Of a DNA stretch of 14,483 nt, positions 13,948 through 14,483 are shown one piece after another. Numbering within the stretch: position 1 is the first letter of the stretch; every line of letters starts with the position of its first letter. Below the pieces are notes generated by a model. It was not told where the DNA came from, ran no database searches, and was given only the letters and a program-made list of their open reading frames with translations. Location: NCBI GenBank assembly GCA_000214015.2, contig CAID01000014.2:59578-74060 (forward strand), written 5' to 3'. Origin of the DNA: Ostreococcus tauri (lineage: Eukaryota). A program made the position numbers and the translations under genes.

Positions 13948-14483
13948 CTACTCCAACGGAACGACGCCCGCGGCGTCGTTGATGAAGCCCGCGAGGCTGA
14001 AGAGCGTCGGGGGCACGGCCAAGCACGCGGCCATGACGGCGGCGCCGACGGCCCAGTCGGAAGCGCCTTCCATCTTGCCTTGGATCGCCTTACCGAACGA
14101 CACCTCACCCGCCGCGTCTACGGTGGTATCGATCGGCTTCACGATGAACGGAATCGCGGCGAGACCGAAGAGAGTCGGCAAGATCTTCTCGACGTCGATC
14201 CCTTGCGCCGCGAGCGCCTCGAACGCCGACGTATCAGCCTTCGCCAACGCCAAGTTCGTCGACGCCACGACGACGCGAATGAACGACCCCGGCCAGAACA
14301 CGCTCGCGAGCATCTGCCACGTCACCGTTTCCGTGGCGACCCCGACGGCTTGGTTCAATCGATCGTCGTCGCCCTCCGCCTGCTTCCAACGCTTCAGCCC
14401 CTTGTCAACCGTGTCCGCCAACACGTACGTCGCCGCGACGCCGTACGTCGCCGGCACGCCCCACGCCGGCAACCACGCGACGA
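13948..14483 (-). CDS. MTFP1: Mitochondrial fission process protein 1 (MTFP1/MTP18) family protein, C-terminal part (5' end lies off-window)
   Basis: YGVAATYVLADTVDKGLK, WQMLASVFWPGSFIRVV and LAAIPFIVKPIDTTVD parallel human MTFP1 (YGVASSYVLADAIDKGKK, WQALASVAIPGFTINRV, LLTIPIIIHPIDRSVD). The ORF-track start at 14472 is TTG, and the frame stays open to the window edge (..VAW-LPAWG), so the true start is off-window. Stop is TAG 13948-13950. Confidence 0.75.
   Translation of the reverse strand, partial: VAWLPAWGVPATYGVAATYVLADTVDKGLKRWKQAEGDDDRLNQAVGVATETVTWQMLASVFWPGSFIRVVVASTNLALAKADTSAFEALAAQGIDVEKILPTLFGLAAIPFIVKPIDTTVDAAGEVSFGKAIQGKMEGASDWAVGAAVMAACLAVPPTLFSLAGFINDAAGVVPLE

Noticed and set aside
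1-14483. Reading the window as a prokaryotic operon, defence island or other novel multi-gene system
   Set aside because: Every confidently identified product is a eukaryote-specific or eukaryote-type protein (RIO1, PRP4, RTF1, LSm3, DHX16, MTFP1, CHP-like). A spliceosomal GT-AG intron and a eukaryotic-style tRNA intron are present. Genes alternate strands with individual promoters. No integrase, transposase, CRISPR array, toxin-antitoxin or restriction-type genes are visible.

Overview
This window is eukaryotic nuclear DNA, not a prokaryotic locus. It is GC-rich and very gene-dense: ten protein-coding genes and one intron-containing tRNA in 14.5 kb. Spacers between CDSs are 63-176 bp, apart from one ~600 bp gap that holds the tRNA.

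Gene order:
- histidine acid phosphatase (+, 5'-truncated by the window edge)
- RIO1 kinase (-)
- PRP4, a U4/U6 snRNP WD40 protein (+)
- tRNA-Arg(ACG) with a 49-nt intron (-)
- RTF1, a Plus3 / Paf1-complex protein (+)
- LSm3 (-, two exons)
- uroporphyrinogen-III C-methyltransferase (-)
- myristoylatable EF-hand CHP/CBL-like protein (-)
- plant-type APS reductase with a thioredoxin-like domain (-)
- DEAH helicase PRP2/DHX16 (+)
- MTFP1/MTP18-like protein (-, 5'-truncated by the window edge)

The gene content, compaction, mostly single-exon genes and G/C-ending codons suggest a picoplanktonic green alga of the Mamiellophyceae (Ostreococcus/Micromonas-like). That is inference only. All homology calls come from motifs I recognise in the translations; no search was run.

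The ORF track uses bacterial-style GTG/TTG starts and maximal ORFs, so I changed several calls:
- starts were reset to ATG;
- three N-terminal extensions that run into the upstream neighbour were trimmed (RIO1, the methyltransferase, the EF-hand protein);
- a second LSm3 exon was added;
- many long antisense ORFs were rejected as GC-content artefacts.

I see no CRISPR array, mobile element, defence island or other novel multi-gene system. The points worth a second look are modest:
- the intron in tRNA-Arg(ACG);
- the LSm3 intron, built around twin (GAC)n tracts;
- APS reductase and siroheme-pathway genes lying 912 bp apart;
- three spliceosome genes within 11 kb;
- a perfect 35-bp direct repeat in the only long non-coding stretch;
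- recurring TGTAA-type 3'-end motifs;
- two very short bidirectional promoter regions.
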